A stretch of 64,000 nucleotides of DNA from Spirochaetia bacterium (GCA_965225855.1 CBDDCK010000005.1:672001-736000); one strand, 5' to 3'; positions 39,502-50,482 are shown, counted from the stretch's first letter. Notes: a model not told the origin generated them from the letters alone. Numbers and translations are program-made.

Positions 39502-41380
39502 GGGCAAAGTCGATCTTAAGGAACCCCGTTATTGGATATACATCGGATTTCTGGCTTTGTTTTTCTTTATTTGGTTTGTAAAACTGTTTCGTCTGCAAAT
39601 ATTGCAAGGGGATGTTTATACTTCTGAGGCGGTGCATATTACAGAGCGGATAGAGCGCTTAAATGCCAAGCGAGGCTTGATTTACTATAATGATGGGCAA
39701 ACGCCTATCGTCAATAATATTGATGTCTTTACGGTGTATTTGGTTCCAGCTCGTGTTCCCAGTGGTCAGTTGGAAAATGAGTTAAACTTGTTGAGTCAAA
39801 TTTTAGATATTGATCCAGAGCGATTAAAAATTCGGCTCAATAAAAGTAAGAATTTATTGCAGCCAATCGAATTAAAGCGAGATATTTCCATTGATGTCAT
39901 CAAAAAAATTGCAGAACGTAGAGATGTTTTAGTTGGGGTTAGCCATACCAGCCTCCCAGAACGTAACTTGATTGAAGATGGCTCGATAATCCATGTCGTT
40001 GGTTATGTTGGCAAAATTTCTGATTACGAGCTGGAAGTTTTATATAACGATCAATACCAAACCAATACTAGCATTGGTAAGACGGGTATTGAGCAGTATT
40101 ATGATACAATTTTGCGCGGGTATGATGGACGCCGAATTTTGACTGTCGATGCGAAGGGCAATATGCTTGATGAGCGCATTGATCCGCCAAAAACAGGTTT
40201 ATCGTTGACTCTTTCGATTGATCGCAAAATTCAAAAATTAGCCGAACAAGCTTTAGGGAACAGGATAGGTAGTGCTGTTGTCATGCGTCCGGCAACCGGC
40301 CAGATTTTAGCAATGGTCTCAACACCTTGGTATAAGCTTTCGGATTTTAAAAGTAGTGAGCGGTTTCAAAATATGATCAATGATTTGCGCAAACCGTTAT
40401 TGAATCGCACCATTCAATCTCAATATCCCCCGGCTTCAACTTTTAAGATGGTGTTGGCCAGTGCCATGTTAGCAGAGCGTAAATTTTCGCCGACCGAGTT
40501 TATTTTTGACCCAGGTTATTGGCAGCTTGGCAATCGTTTGTTTCGTTGCTGGCTGCTCACTGGCCATGGTAATGTGGATTTGATTGGTGCTATTGCTGAT
40601 TCCTGTAATATCTATTTTGGCGTGGTTGGAGTGCGCTACCTTGGGGATATTTATATTACCAGCTATGCGCGCAAATATGGTTTTGGCCAGCTTACAGGAA
40701 TTGATCTACCCGGAGAAGTGCAGGGTTTTGTGCCAAACCCTGCTTGGAAACGGCAAAGATATAATCAAGTTTGGACTAAGGGCGACACTTTAAATATTTC
40801 TATTGGTCAGGGTTTTTTGTTAGTAACCCCATTGCAAGTAGCCGTTTATACTTCGGCTATCGTCAATGATGGCATAGCGTACAAGCCCTCACTGTTGAAT
40901 AGAGTCCACAACAATACCGAAGAAAATGTTTCGGAACCGGAAATCTTATACACTATGCAGCTTGAGCCAAGTGTATTTCAACAGCTGAAATACGGCATGC
41001 GTCAAGCTGTGGTGCGCGGTACAGCACGTTCTAGCATTTACAACGGTGTGGTTGATATTGCGGCTAAGACGGGTACAGCAGAAATTGGTTTGAACAACCA
41101 TTGGCATTCTTGGTTTACTTCTTATGGGCCTTATGAAGTTGATGACCCGTTGGAGCGGGTGGTTGTTCTTACACAGGTGGAAGCAGATCCTACGGTGGCC
41201 AAGGAAAATTATGACTGGTGGGCTCCCCGTGCGGCAGATATTATTTATCGTGGTATTTTTGCTGATGAGACTTATGAAGAAGTTTGGCTCAATTACAAAA
41301 AACGGGGTGTTTGGTTTCAGCCAATGATGACTGTACCCCAACAATATCACGATAATAAACCGGCTTTAAACCACAATTAG
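39494..41380 (+). CDS. mrdA: Penicillin-binding protein 2
   Basis: RGLI, GKTGIE, PASTFK (SxxK), SCN, KTGT. Confidence 0.93.
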   Translation: MAKGKVDLKEPRYWIYIGFLALFFFIWFVKLFRLQILQGDVYTSEAVHITERIERLNAKRGLIYYNDGQTPIVNNIDVFTVYLVPARVPSGQLENELNLLSQILDIDPERLKIRLNKSKNLLQPIELKRDISIDVIKKIAERRDVLVGVSHTSLPERNLIEDGSIIHVVGYVGKISDYELEVLYNDQYQTNTSIGKTGIEQYYDTILRGYDGRRILTVDAKGNMLDERIDPPKTGLSLTLSIDRKIQKLAEQALGNRIGSAVVMRPATGQILAMVSTPWYKLSDFKSSERFQNMINDLRKPLLNRTIQSQYPPASTFKMVLASAMLAERKFSPTEFIFDPGYWQLGNRLFRCWLLTGHGNVDLIGAIADSCNIYFGVVGVRYLGDIYITSYARKYGFGQLTGIDLPGEVQGFVPNPAWKRQRYNQVWTKGDTLNISIGQGFLLVTPLQVAVYTSAIVNDGIAYKPSLLNRVHNNTEENVSEPEILYTMQLEPSVFQQLKYGMRQAVVRGTARSSIYNGVVDIAAKTGTAEIGLNNHWHSWFTSYGPYEVDDPLERVVVLTQVEADPTVAKENYDWWAPRAADIIYRGIFADETYEEVWLNYKKRGVWFQPMMTVPQQYHDNKPALNHN

Positions 41381-41398
41381 CCTCGTCTATAAATTGCT

Positions 41399-42733
41399 AT
41401 GCTGCGAAATTTACGAGAAAGCCCAATCGACATTATTTTGGTCCTATGTACGTTATTTTTATTATTTATTGGGGAGCTGTATATTTTTTCCAGTAGCATT
41501 TCGGCAGAAGGGAAGATAGAAAACTATCAGTTTGTACGCCAGTTGGTTTGGATTATTGTCGGCTTGGTGATGATGTTTTTATTTTTCCGTATCAAGTTGG
41601 ACATTCTGTTAGAATATAGTACGTCTCTTTATATTGGAGTTATTGTTGTTTTATTATTGACGGGTTTCTTGGCTTCTAGTCGCAACGGGGCAAGGGCTTG
41701 GCTGGGTTTATTTGGCTTGGGAATTCAGCCTTCTGAATTTGCCAAATTTTGTTACATTCTTTTTATAGCTCGTTATTTAGGTTTGCGCAAGCCAGAAGAG
41801 CGTGCCGGAATTGTAACCTTTTTGGTCAGTTTAGGAATTACTGCTTTGCCGATGGGCTTAGTGGTGTTTCAAGGTGATGTCGGTACAGCTTCTGTATTTG
41901 CGCCTATTTGGTTTATCAGCTTGTATGTTATGGGAGGTAATTTTTTTTTATTAAACCATTTATTTTTGTTTATTGTATTGTTTATGGTTTTGTTGTTTTT
42001 GCAAATTTGGGAACCTCACGCGGAAATAGGTAGCTTTGTTTGGAACTTAGCCCATGTTTTTACTGTGCCTCAAGTTTTTATTATTTATTTAGTTGGGCTG
42101 AGTGTGCTTTTGGTCTTAGCCATAGTAGGCCTACTGTATTTGAAATCATCACTTTATAAAGTGGCGATCAGTATTATTTTGTTATTACTTGCTGCATCGG
42201 TTGTTACTTGGTTTCTCAACTTTTGGATGAAGCCGTATATGAAAGATAGAATCGTTAGTTTTTTGAATCCCGATTTCAATAAACTTTCTTCAAGCTGGAA
42301 TTTAAACCAATCGTTGCGGGCTATTGGTTCGGGCGGTATGTGGGGCAAAGGTTACTTGAAAGGACTAATTGCCCACTATGGTTATTTGCCAGAGCAAAGT
42401 CAGAGCACGGATTTTTTATTTGCGATTATCGGGGAAGAAGGGGGGCTGTTTGTTTCTTCGTTAGTGTTTATTGCTTATTTTATTCTTATATTGCGCATGA
42501 TTTTAATCGCCCGCCTTTGTAAAGACGAAAATGATTCAGTGTCGCGCTCGATTGTGATTGGTATTTCTGCCATGTTTTTCTTTCACTTTTTGCAAAATGT
42601 TGGTATGACCATTCATTTAGTTCCGATTACAGGTATTCCTCTTTTATTGGTGTCTTATGGAGGGTCTTCGTTGATTACAGCTTTGGCCTTGTTGGGCTTA
42701 GTTTTAAATATTCATGCGAAACAGGAGACTTAA
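41399..42733 (+). CDS. rodA: SEDS peptidoglycan glycosyltransferase RodA
   Basis: IQPSEFAK, AIGSGG..GKG, TDFLFA, PITGIPL..SYGGSS. Confidence 0.93.
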   Translation: MLRNLRESPIDIILVLCTLFLLFIGELYIFSSSISAEGKIENYQFVRQLVWIIVGLVMMFLFFRIKLDILLEYSTSLYIGVIVVLLLTGFLASSRNGARAWLGLFGLGIQPSEFAKFCYILFIARYLGLRKPEERAGIVTFLVSLGITALPMGLVVFQGDVGTASVFAPIWFISLYVMGGNFFLLNHLFLFIVLFMVLLFLQIWEPHAEIGSFVWNLAHVFTVPQVFIIYLVGLSVLLVLAIVGLLYLKSSLYKVAISIILLLLAASVVTWFLNFWMKPYMKDRIVSFLNPDFNKLSSSWNLNQSLRAIGSGGMWGKGYLKGLIAHYGYLPEQSQSTDFLFAIIGEEGGLFVSSLVFIAYFILILRMILIARLCKDENDSVSRSIVIGISAMFFFHFLQNVGMTIHLVPITGIPLLLVSYGGSSLITALALLGLVLNIHAKQET

Positions 42734-42795
42734 TCCGGCTCTTCTTGAGAATTTAAGAATGGTAATCGGAGTAGCAGCATAATTGGAGATTGAAA

Positions 42796-44115
42796 ATGGA
42801 ATTAATTTATGTCGAGTTGGATCGTGAGGCCATTGCCAGCCGTTTGGGTGAGCTAGAGTATGAAAGTATTTATGAATTGGATAGGGCAGAAAAATCCAGT
42901 GCACAAGTAGAGAATCCGAAAGAGGAATTAGGTGAGGGAACAAATGGAAAATCTTCAGCGGTATCCATGTTTTTGGAATCTTTTGCTCCAGAGATCCCAT
43001 TGCCATATATTCTGCGCACTGATGGTATGGCAGGCGATGAGCTAGACTGGAATGGCATTGTCGATGGCATATTGTATGTGGCCTTGTATGAGCCCAAGCA
43101 TGAGCATAATAGTTATTACAAAGATTTTTTGTTGTCGTTGGAGCCCGAGCTACCCTATATTTTGCAAGATCGCTTGCGCAGCCAATATGAACAGCGTTTA
43201 TGGACGTATGCTCGTGATACGGTAAATTTATTATTATTTTTATTGCCCAAAGCGAATTGGCCTTTATTGGAATTGTGTTACCTCTATGAGCAGGAAGCCG
43301 AACAAGCTTTAATTGAGCAACGTTTGGCAGATTGCCGCGATTTATGGAAGCATGCGGCTTTGGTTTATAAGCAGTTGCTAGAGCAAGAAGATAGTAACGC
43401 TAAGTGTTATTTTCAGCTTGCTTACTATTACCTGCAATGCTGGGATTATCCAGCGGCTTATCGGGCATTTGTATCTTGTCAGCAATTGGCCCTTTCGCCC
43501 GAGCATCCTCTATGGGCTAAAAGCCATAACTGGCTGCAAAAATTAACTTTATTTAATATAGCAGAAGAAAATAGCGAATCTGCCAAAGCCTTGAATCTGC
43601 GTTGGGCCCAGCTTATGGATTGCTTGCTGCGGGCTATGGAAGGCAAGAAATTGGCCGAAGGTTTTGCATTGGAAAAGGAGCTATGGTTGGCCTCGCTGGA
43701 AATATTAAATGAGTTGTTGCTTGAAAATCCCAACAGTTCTTGTTTGTGGTACTTGCGCGGTTTGTGTTTACTGTATGGCCACGATGTTGCAACTTTGCGC
43801 AGTTTGAGTGAAGCGTTTAGTGAAACCAAAGGAGCTAGCCAAGCCTTTGCCAAAGCCCAGAGTTTGGGTTGGTTGGGGCCATTAGAATGGCAACAGCCTT
43901 ATTATTTGGGAGTCAGTTATTACTTAGAAGGTTCTTACCATGAAGCCAAATGTTGTTTACTGGAAGTATTACAACGCCATACCGAGCATACAGCTGCGTT
44001 ATACTGGTTGGAAAAAATTTATTCCGATTTGGAAGATTGTCGCAGTACGCAATACCAAACATTGTTGCAAGCTTTGAGCCCAGCTTTCCCGGATTTAATT
44101 CAGATGTTTATTTGA
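42796..44115 (+). CDS. Hypothetical TPR-containing protein
   Basis: Long ORF with TPR-like YFQLAYYY, WYLRG, YYLGVSYY segments. Confidence 0.65.
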   Translation: MELIYVELDREAIASRLGELEYESIYELDRAEKSSAQVENPKEELGEGTNGKSSAVSMFLESFAPEIPLPYILRTDGMAGDELDWNGIVDGILYVALYEPKHEHNSYYKDFLLSLEPELPYILQDRLRSQYEQRLWTYARDTVNLLLFLLPKANWPLLELCYLYEQEAEQALIEQRLADCRDLWKHAALVYKQLLEQEDSNAKCYFQLAYYYLQCWDYPAAYRAFVSCQQLALSPEHPLWAKSHNWLQKLTLFNIAEENSESAKALNLRWAQLMDCLLRAMEGKKLAEGFALEKELWLASLEILNELLLENPNSSCLWYLRGLCLLYGHDVATLRSLSEAFSETKGASQAFAKAQSLGWLGPLEWQQPYYLGVSYYLEGSYHEAKCCLLEVLQRHTEHTAALYWLEKIYSDLEDCRSTQYQTLLQALSPAFPDLIQMFI

Positions 44116-45149
44116 TGTTGAGAAATAGCGAAGTGAAAAAAGAGCCAGAAGATTGCCTAAAAGATTTAGGTAACTTAGATGATTTGGAAAATCTGGAAAA
44201 TTCAAAAAATGTGAAAGATAAAAATGAAGGCTGTTTTCGTTCAGGCTTTGTTGCTCTGGTTGGGCGGCCTTCTGCAGGTAAATCGACATTATTAAATACT
44301 TTGTGTGGCCAGAAAGTGGCAATTATTTCACCCAAGCCACAGACTACGCGCAATGTGATTCGCGGGATTGTCCATCGTGAAACTTACCAATTGGTCTTTT
44401 TAGATACGCCGGGATTTTCCGAAACCAAAGATTTATTGTCTAGCCATTTGCGTAATGAATTGCACAATGCTTTGCGCAAAGCCGAAGCAATATTGTATCT
44501 GCTTGATCTAAGCCGCTCCCACCATAAGGAGGCTAGAAAAGTCGATGCGGGAGAAGAACAGGGCCTTTTGGCCTTGTTGCGCGAAGTGTTAGTTAGAGAT
44601 TCTCGCCCGCTGTGTTTTGCGATGAATAAAGTTGATTTGTTGTGTGAGGCTGGCTTGCAACAGCGTGCTGCCGAATATTGGGAATTGATAAAGCAGTACT
44701 TTCCAGAAGAAAATAGTTTTTTTCAGGTGTCTGCCAAGCAAAAATATGGGACTGAAGCACTATTACAGTACCTTAGTGCGAAACTTCCAAAAGGGGGGCT
44801 GCTTTATGACGTTGATATCTATAGCGATCAAGAGCCACAGTTTCGTATTCAGGAATTGATACGTGAACAGGCTTTATCTTTTTGTGGCAAAGAATTACCG
44901 TATGCATTATATGTAGAAATTGCCGATTTAGAATACAAAGGTGAACAGCCCCAGCAAAGTTTGTGGGTTCGCGCTTTTTTGCAAGTTGAGCGAGATTCAC
45001 AGAAAGGTATTTTGGTTGGCAAAGGTGGTGAGCGTATCCGTGAAATTCGCAAGCGCAGCACACGAGCGGTGCGCAAAGAATTTGCTTGCCCGGTAGAGCT
45101 TGAATTGCAAGTTAAAGTGGATTACAAATGGCGAAGGAAAAACCGTTAG
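44115..45149 (+). CDS. era: GTPase Era
   Basis: GRPSAGKSTL, PQTTR, DTPG, NKVD, KH domain ILVGKGG; start at ATG overlapping the upstream TGA. Confidence 0.94.
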   Translation: MLRNSEVKKEPEDCLKDLGNLDDLENLENSKNVKDKNEGCFRSGFVALVGRPSAGKSTLLNTLCGQKVAIISPKPQTTRNVIRGIVHRETYQLVFLDTPGFSETKDLLSSHLRNELHNALRKAEAILYLLDLSRSHHKEARKVDAGEEQGLLALLREVLVRDSRPLCFAMNKVDLLCEAGLQQRAAEYWELIKQYFPEENSFFQVSAKQKYGTEALLQYLSAKLPKGGLLYDVDIYSDQEPQFRIQELIREQALSFCGKELPYALYVEIADLEYKGEQPQQSLWVRAFLQVERDSQKGILVGKGGERIREIRKRSTRAVRKEFACPVELELQVKVDYKWRRKNR

Positions 45150-46241
45150 ATGCGAACATCATCTGCTTCGTCTGCTGGCCCATATAACTATTTTTTTGCT
45201 TTGCCACCAGAGCGGTGGAATAATTCGCTAAATTTTTGTTATTTATTCATTTGGGATAGTGAAGGGCACTTGGCGTGCCAGACGGATATAAATCATGCCA
45301 ATTGTATTCAATCAAAAGATTTACTATCTATACTTCCTTATTTAGAGCCAAACAATTTAGACGATCGGGAGCTGAGGGCAAACTTCCAGCTTTTTGGTTT
45401 TATCAGCAACACGGGGCCAATTCGTGGCAGTGAAATTCTACAGCAACCGCAGCAGCAATCAAAAGCCCTTTGTTTTGTCAGTTCTAAGGAAGATTGTTGC
45501 CCCAAATATTTATTTAAATTAGGGGTGCGCAGTTGGCAGTCATTTAATCATTTGCTTTTGCATTGCGCAGAGTGGCAAATTGGGCTTTTAGCTAGGGCCA
45601 AAGAATTAGCTTATTTTTCTTGTGGATTGCGTTTTTGCAGTAGTTGTGGGGCTGGGTTACAATGGTTAAACAATGAATTTGGTAAAAGCTGCATGTTTTG
45701 CCAGGCTTTATTTTTTCCGCGCCAAGACCCTTCTGTGATTAGCTTAGTGTGTGAAAAAGCAACTGATGGCAGCGGGCGGGAATGGCTATTGTTGGCCCAT
45801 AATATTCGGTTTCGGGCGCATGTATATAGTTTGATTGCTGGTTTTGTCGATGCGGGTGAAACTTTGGAACAGGCTATTGTGCGCGAATGTTGGGAAGAAG
45901 CAGGGGTCTATCTGGAAGATTTGCAGTATCTATATTCGCAAGCTTGGCCCCAACCGCATTCTCTAATGGCTGGCTTTCAAGCCTACAGCAGAGGGGGTAT
46001 GGCTCAATGTCGTCCAGACGCTAAAGAAATTGTAACCTTACTGTGGCTGGAACGCAGCGATATTCGCCGTTGCTTAGAGCAGCAGAGTAGGACAAAAAAT
46101 TTTATTATGCCATTAACCGATTGTACCGAAAATTATGTCTTGAAAGGTGAATTTGAGGAAACTTCATTTTGCTTGCCACGTGTTGGCAGTATTGCCCGCA
46201 AGATGATTGAACAATGGGTTGGTTTAGAAATCGTTATATAA
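45150..46241 (+). CDS. nudC: NAD(+) diphosphatase NudC
   Basis: FCSSCG..C..C zinc site, Nudix box GFVDAGETLEQAIVRECWEEAG, SQAWPQPHSLM. Confidence 0.9.
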   Translation: MRTSSASSAGPYNYFFALPPERWNNSLNFCYLFIWDSEGHLACQTDINHANCIQSKDLLSILPYLEPNNLDDRELRANFQLFGFISNTGPIRGSEILQQPQQQSKALCFVSSKEDCCPKYLFKLGVRSWQSFNHLLLHCAEWQIGLLARAKELAYFSCGLRFCSSCGAGLQWLNNEFGKSCMFCQALFFPRQDPSVISLVCEKATDGSGREWLLLAHNIRFRAHVYSLIAGFVDAGETLEQAIVRECWEEAGVYLEDLQYLYSQAWPQPHSLMAGFQAYSRGGMAQCRPDAKEIVTLLWLERSDIRRCLEQQSRTKNFIMPLTDCTENYVLKGEFEETSFCLPRVGSIARKMIEQWVGLEIVI

Positions 46242-46261
46242 AAATAATCAAAGGAGTGGTA

Positions 46262-47140
46262 ATGAAAATACGTGATTTTTATCGCAATAAAGTGGTGGTG
46301 GTATATGGTGCTAGTGGTGGTTTGGGGGAGGCCATTTGTGCCGAGCTTTACGGTATTGTAGCGCAATTGATATTGGCTGGGCGCAATGCTGAAAAATTGC
46401 AAGCCGTGAAACAACAGCTAGAATCTCACTGTGAAGGGTCTTATCAACAAGTAAAGCAAAGGGGAAAGCAAGAAGAAAAAACGGTATTGCAAATTTGGGC
46501 ATTTAGCAGTGAGCATGCAGCGGATATGGCTGCTTTTGCTACACGGGTGAAAAATAGCGGAGCCGATGGTTTGATTATTGCTACAGGAAAAACTTTATAT
46601 CAAAGTTTTTATGATCAAAGGGAAAATATCACCGAAGCTTGGCCTCCCTATGAAGAATTGCTCTATATCAATGTGGCCAGCATTTTTCAGTTGGCAATAG
46701 CCTTACTACCGTATTTTCGCCAGCAGCAAGGGTTTTTTCATATTGCCGGTAGCTATGCTTGTTTATTTCCAGTGCCGTATCAAGCTGTATATTCAGCTAG
46801 TAAAACCGCATTGCTTTCATTTGTGCAGGCAGTTACTAAGGAACTGGAAGCAGAATTTGGGCCAAAGAATGTGCGTGGCCTTTTGAATATTTCTTTAATT
46901 GGCGGTATGGCTACCAATATGTATTACCAAAGTGGCTTGCAAAAACAATTTGCTACTTTAGAAAAACTGGTAATAGCTTCCCCTCAAAAAGTTGCTGTTG
47001 GCTTGTTGCAAGGAATTGCAAGCAGAAAGAAAGTGATTACTATCAAATGGAGAGGTTTTTTGGTGTATCATTTTGTCAGACGATTGCCAACCAGTTGGGT
47101 TAGCTATGCTTTGTTGCGTGCTTATCGCCCGAAAAAGTAG
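46262..47140 (+). CDS. Short-chain dehydrogenase/reductase
   Basis: GASGGLG, YSASK; RBS AAGGAG. Confidence 0.88.
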   Translation: MKIRDFYRNKVVVVYGASGGLGEAICAELYGIVAQLILAGRNAEKLQAVKQQLESHCEGSYQQVKQRGKQEEKTVLQIWAFSSEHAADMAAFATRVKNSGADGLIIATGKTLYQSFYDQRENITEAWPPYEELLYINVASIFQLAIALLPYFRQQQGFFHIAGSYACLFPVPYQAVYSASKTALLSFVQAVTKELEAEFGPKNVRGLLNISLIGGMATNMYYQSGLQKQFATLEKLVIASPQKVAVGLLQGIASRKKVITIKWRGFLVYHFVRRLPTSWVSYALLRAYRPKK

Positions 47141-47738
47141 CTTTAAAAATTCATGGCATATTTGCGCCAGGGGTAATTTGCCATCAAGTGCTAAGCCAAT
47201 CAACCAATTTATATAATGGCATAGTGATAAAAATGGTTAAACTAAATAGGCTCAATGCCATAAATGGGCTACTGAAGTGTAAATAAAAATCTAGCAATAC
47301 TTGTATAAGCAACATCAAACCTTCCAAAATATTCACAATTGCACTCCCTACCACTACCCCCCAAAACTTTCACAATAAAAACCAAACCATGCCCTAATTA
47401 TGTACTTTTGAAAAGTAACAATTATGGACTAGGTCGGTCCATAGTTATCGACTTGCCTCGTCTATAACTATGGATTGGTTGCTTTGATGGTTTATAGATT
47501 ACAATAATATTCAATGCAAATGGATTGGCATGGATTTTTAACCCCCAACCAACACTAATGACCTAACAAAAACACAAAAAAAGTGCCCCAAACATAAAAA
47601 AAGCACAAAAAAACTTACAAAAAGCTTACAAAAAGCTTGTATGGGCCTTGACGCAACACCCCCCCTAGCAAAATGGGGATTTACAGACTAGCCCGTATGG
47701 GTTTTGTCAATCTCAAGCCATTTTTGGAGGTATTGCTT

Positions 47739-50204
47739 ATGTATAAGCTCAAACTATTTTTATTGCCATTAGCCTGGCTACTGGCCTTTATGGCCTTGGC
47801 CTGCGCCCCGCCCGATGACGATGATGCGCCATCTTCTGGGCCGTCTTCTGGGCCTGCAATCACCAGTGCAAGCTACGATGTTGGCACGGCTATCTTAACC
47901 GTACAAGGCACGAACTTAAGTCCTACAGAAGCGCAAATCCAAACCATCGTAGTAGATGGCGTAGCCTTAGATTCCTATACTGCAGATGACGATGCCACTG
48001 GGGTAAATAGTAACGGTCTTGCAGAAGGTAAGTACCGTATTAAAAGCGATGGCACAGCGCTTTGGCTGAAACTTAAAGATGAACATAAAGCTGTTCTTGA
48101 GGCCAAGGTGGGTAGCGATGGTCTAAAAAAAGGGTTGCTTACTAGCTCTGGTGCTTGGGCGGGTTTAGATACAGCCAAAGACTTAACCGTTAGGAATATA
48201 CCCGCAGCCGAACAAGTCGATGATCAATCGCGTAAGCAAACTGAAGACGAAGAAGCTGAAGAAGACGAACAAGTCGAAGAAGCTGAAGAAGAGTCGCCTA
48301 AGCAACCTAAAGCCGAAGAGCAGTCGCCTAAGCAAGCTAAAGTCGAACAAGACGAACAAGACGAACAAGCTGAACAAGCCAAACAAGTCGAACAAGCTGC
48401 AATTACCCGTGCAAGCTACCATGTTGGCACGGCGCTGTTAACCTTGCAAGGTACTGACTTAGCTAGTGCGACCCAAGCACAAATCCAAACCATCAAAGTA
48501 TATGACCTAGTCTTAAGTTCCTATATTGCAGATGGCACAGCCACTGGGCCAGATAGTCGTGGTCTTGCAAAAGGTAAGTACCGTATGAAAAGCGATGGCA
48601 CAGCGCTTTGGCTGAAACTTACCGATCGACATAAAGCTACTCTTCAGGCCAAGCCCGGTATGGCTAACGATGGTCTAAAAAAAGGGTTGCTTAGCGTTGG
48701 CACTGGTAGTTGGGCGGGTTTAGATACAGCCAAAGCCTTAACCGTTAGTGGAAACCCCGCAATTACCGGTGCAAGCTACCATGTTGGCACGGCGCTGTTA
48801 ACTGTACAAGGTACTCACTTAGCTAGTGCGACCCAAGCACAAATCCAAACCATCAAAGTATATGACCTAGTCTTAAGTTCCTATATTGCAGATGGCACAG
48901 CCACTGGGCCAGATAGTCGTGGTCTTGCAAAAGGTAAGTACCGCCTGCATAGCGCTGGCACAGCGCTTTGGCTTTACCTTACCGATGACGATAAAGCTAC
49001 TCTGAATGGCAAGACAGGTATGGATAGCAATGGTCTAAAAGATGGGTTGCTTACTAGCACTGGTACTTGGGCGGGTTTAGATACAGCCAAAGCCTTAACC
49101 GTTAGTGGAAACCCCGCAATTACCGGTGCAAGCTACCATGTTGGCACGGCGCTGTTAACCTTGCAAGGTACTGACTTAGCTAGTGCGACCCAAGCGCAAA
49201 TCCAAACTATCACGGTAGATGGCTTAGTCTTAAGTTCCTATACTGCAGATGAGGATGCCACTGGGCCAAATAGTAACAATCTTGCAAAAGGTAAGTACCG
49301 CATTAAAAACGATGGCACAGCGATTTGGCTGAAACTTACCGATGACGATAAAGCTACTCTGAATGGCAAGGACGGTATGGATAGCAATGGTCTAAAAGAT
49401 GGGTTGCTTAGCGTTGGCACTGGTGCTTGGGCGGGTTTAGATACAGCCAAAGCCTTGGCCGTTAGTGGACACCCACCCGCAATTACCAGTGCAACCTACA
49501 ATGCTATTACAGGCGTGTTAGTGATTACAGGTACTAATTTACCAGCAGCAGTTGCAGGCTGGGACTTTAGGAAATTGAGGTTTGTCGCAGGTAATGGTGC
49601 TAAGAGTACCCCATTATTACGGCACCGAACAACTTCATATACTGACGCAGCCACAGGTTCTGCAGCAAGTGCAACAAGCTTAACGATTACTTTAAAGGGT
49701 CATGAAAAAAGGAAAGCCAGGGCTATACTGGTTAAGAATGGTGATAGTGATGCTAATGGTGCATACAACCTGGAAGCAGCAGCAGGATTTGCAGGTGGTA
49801 GCGCAGCAGACACAACCAATCCTATTACCGTTAGTGGCTATGTAAGTTCTATCAGGGACGTATACTACAATGTTAATACAGGCGTGTTATTGATTACAGG
49901 TAGCGAGTTACCGGAGACAGTTGAAGACTGGGACTTTAGTAAATTGACGATTGTATCCGTTGATGATAAGAAATACACATTACCCCAGCACGCAACCGCA
50001 GGTGAAAACACAGCCACAGGTTCTGCAGCAAGTATAACAAGCGTAACTATTACTTTAAGCGGTAGTGTAAAAGCCAAAGTCAATGCTATACTGGTTAAGG
50101 TTGGTAAAAGTGCTGATGGTTATTACAACCTTGAAGCAGCAGCAGGATTTGTAACGGGTAGTCTAGCAGACCTAAAAAATGCTATTCAAGTTGTAGATTG
50201 GTAA
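47739..50204 (+). CDS. Large surface lipoprotein with tandem ~120-aa beta-rich domains and an acidic linker
   Basis: Signal peptide with lipobox MALAC; four A-type repeats (AITxASYxVGTA..LTVSG) and two B-type repeats (..YNLEAAAGF); RBS GGAGGT. Confidence 0.85.
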   Translation: MYKLKLFLLPLAWLLAFMALACAPPDDDDAPSSGPSSGPAITSASYDVGTAILTVQGTNLSPTEAQIQTIVVDGVALDSYTADDDATGVNSNGLAEGKYRIKSDGTALWLKLKDEHKAVLEAKVGSDGLKKGLLTSSGAWAGLDTAKDLTVRNIPAAEQVDDQSRKQTEDEEAEEDEQVEEAEEESPKQPKAEEQSPKQAKVEQDEQDEQAEQAKQVEQAAITRASYHVGTALLTLQGTDLASATQAQIQTIKVYDLVLSSYIADGTATGPDSRGLAKGKYRMKSDGTALWLKLTDRHKATLQAKPGMANDGLKKGLLSVGTGSWAGLDTAKALTVSGNPAITGASYHVGTALLTVQGTHLASATQAQIQTIKVYDLVLSSYIADGTATGPDSRGLAKGKYRLHSAGTALWLYLTDDDKATLNGKTGMDSNGLKDGLLTSTGTWAGLDTAKALTVSGNPAITGASYHVGTALLTLQGTDLASATQAQIQTITVDGLVLSSYTADEDATGPNSNNLAKGKYRIKNDGTAIWLKLTDDDKATLNGKDGMDSNGLKDGLLSVGTGAWAGLDTAKALAVSGHPPAITSATYNAITGVLVITGTNLPAAVAGWDFRKLRFVAGNGAKSTPLLRHRTTSYTDAATGSAASATSLTITLKGHEKRKARAILVKNGDSDANGAYNLEAAAGFAGGSAADTTNPITVSGYVSSIRDVYYNVNTGVLLITGSELPETVEDWDFSKLTIVSVDDKKYTLPQHATAGENTATGSAASITSVTITLSGSVKAKVNAILVKVGKSADGYYNLEAAAGFVTGSLADLKNAIQVVDW
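48397..49476 (+). repeat. Three near-identical ~360-bp intragenic repeats
   Basis: GCAATTACC..GCAAGCTACCATGTTGGCACGGCGCTGTTAAC recurs near 48398, 48759 and 49116. Confidence 0.92.
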
Positions 50205-50277
50205 GTAGGGTTTGGTTGTTGCTGTAAGCAATGCTCTTGGTTGGCTTATTGTTCGCTCTTAGAGAATAGGCTTAGTG

Positions 50278-50322
50278 GGCAAGCAAGGTTTAGGCTTTAG
50301 GCCAAGCTTTGCTTGCCTTTTT
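50278..50322 (+). terminator. Intrinsic terminator after the lipoprotein gene
   Basis: GGCAAGCAAG..CTTTGCTTGCC followed by TTTTT. Confidence 0.7.
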
Positions 50323-50335
50323 GTTAGACAAATAT

Positions 50336-50482
50336 GGCTAGTAACACACTACCAAGTGGTTAGTGGGTTACGACTAGCTTGGTTTGTGGGTACTACCCGC
50401 TTGGTAGTGGAATAATTCCTGTTATGGGAATCTAGTTTTTACAATCCACTACCTTATTTGCCCTTTTTGTTGGGGCTTGGTA
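50336..50482. repeat. Palindromic ~150-bp element, copy 1 (degenerate)
   Basis: Homologous to 51186-51335; shared ACTACCCGCTTGGTAGTG and TTATGGGAATCTA. Confidence 0.8.

Noticed and set aside
43950..44114. N-terminal extension of era in the ORF track
   Set aside because: Overlaps the upstream gene; the coupled ATG at 44115 is more plausible
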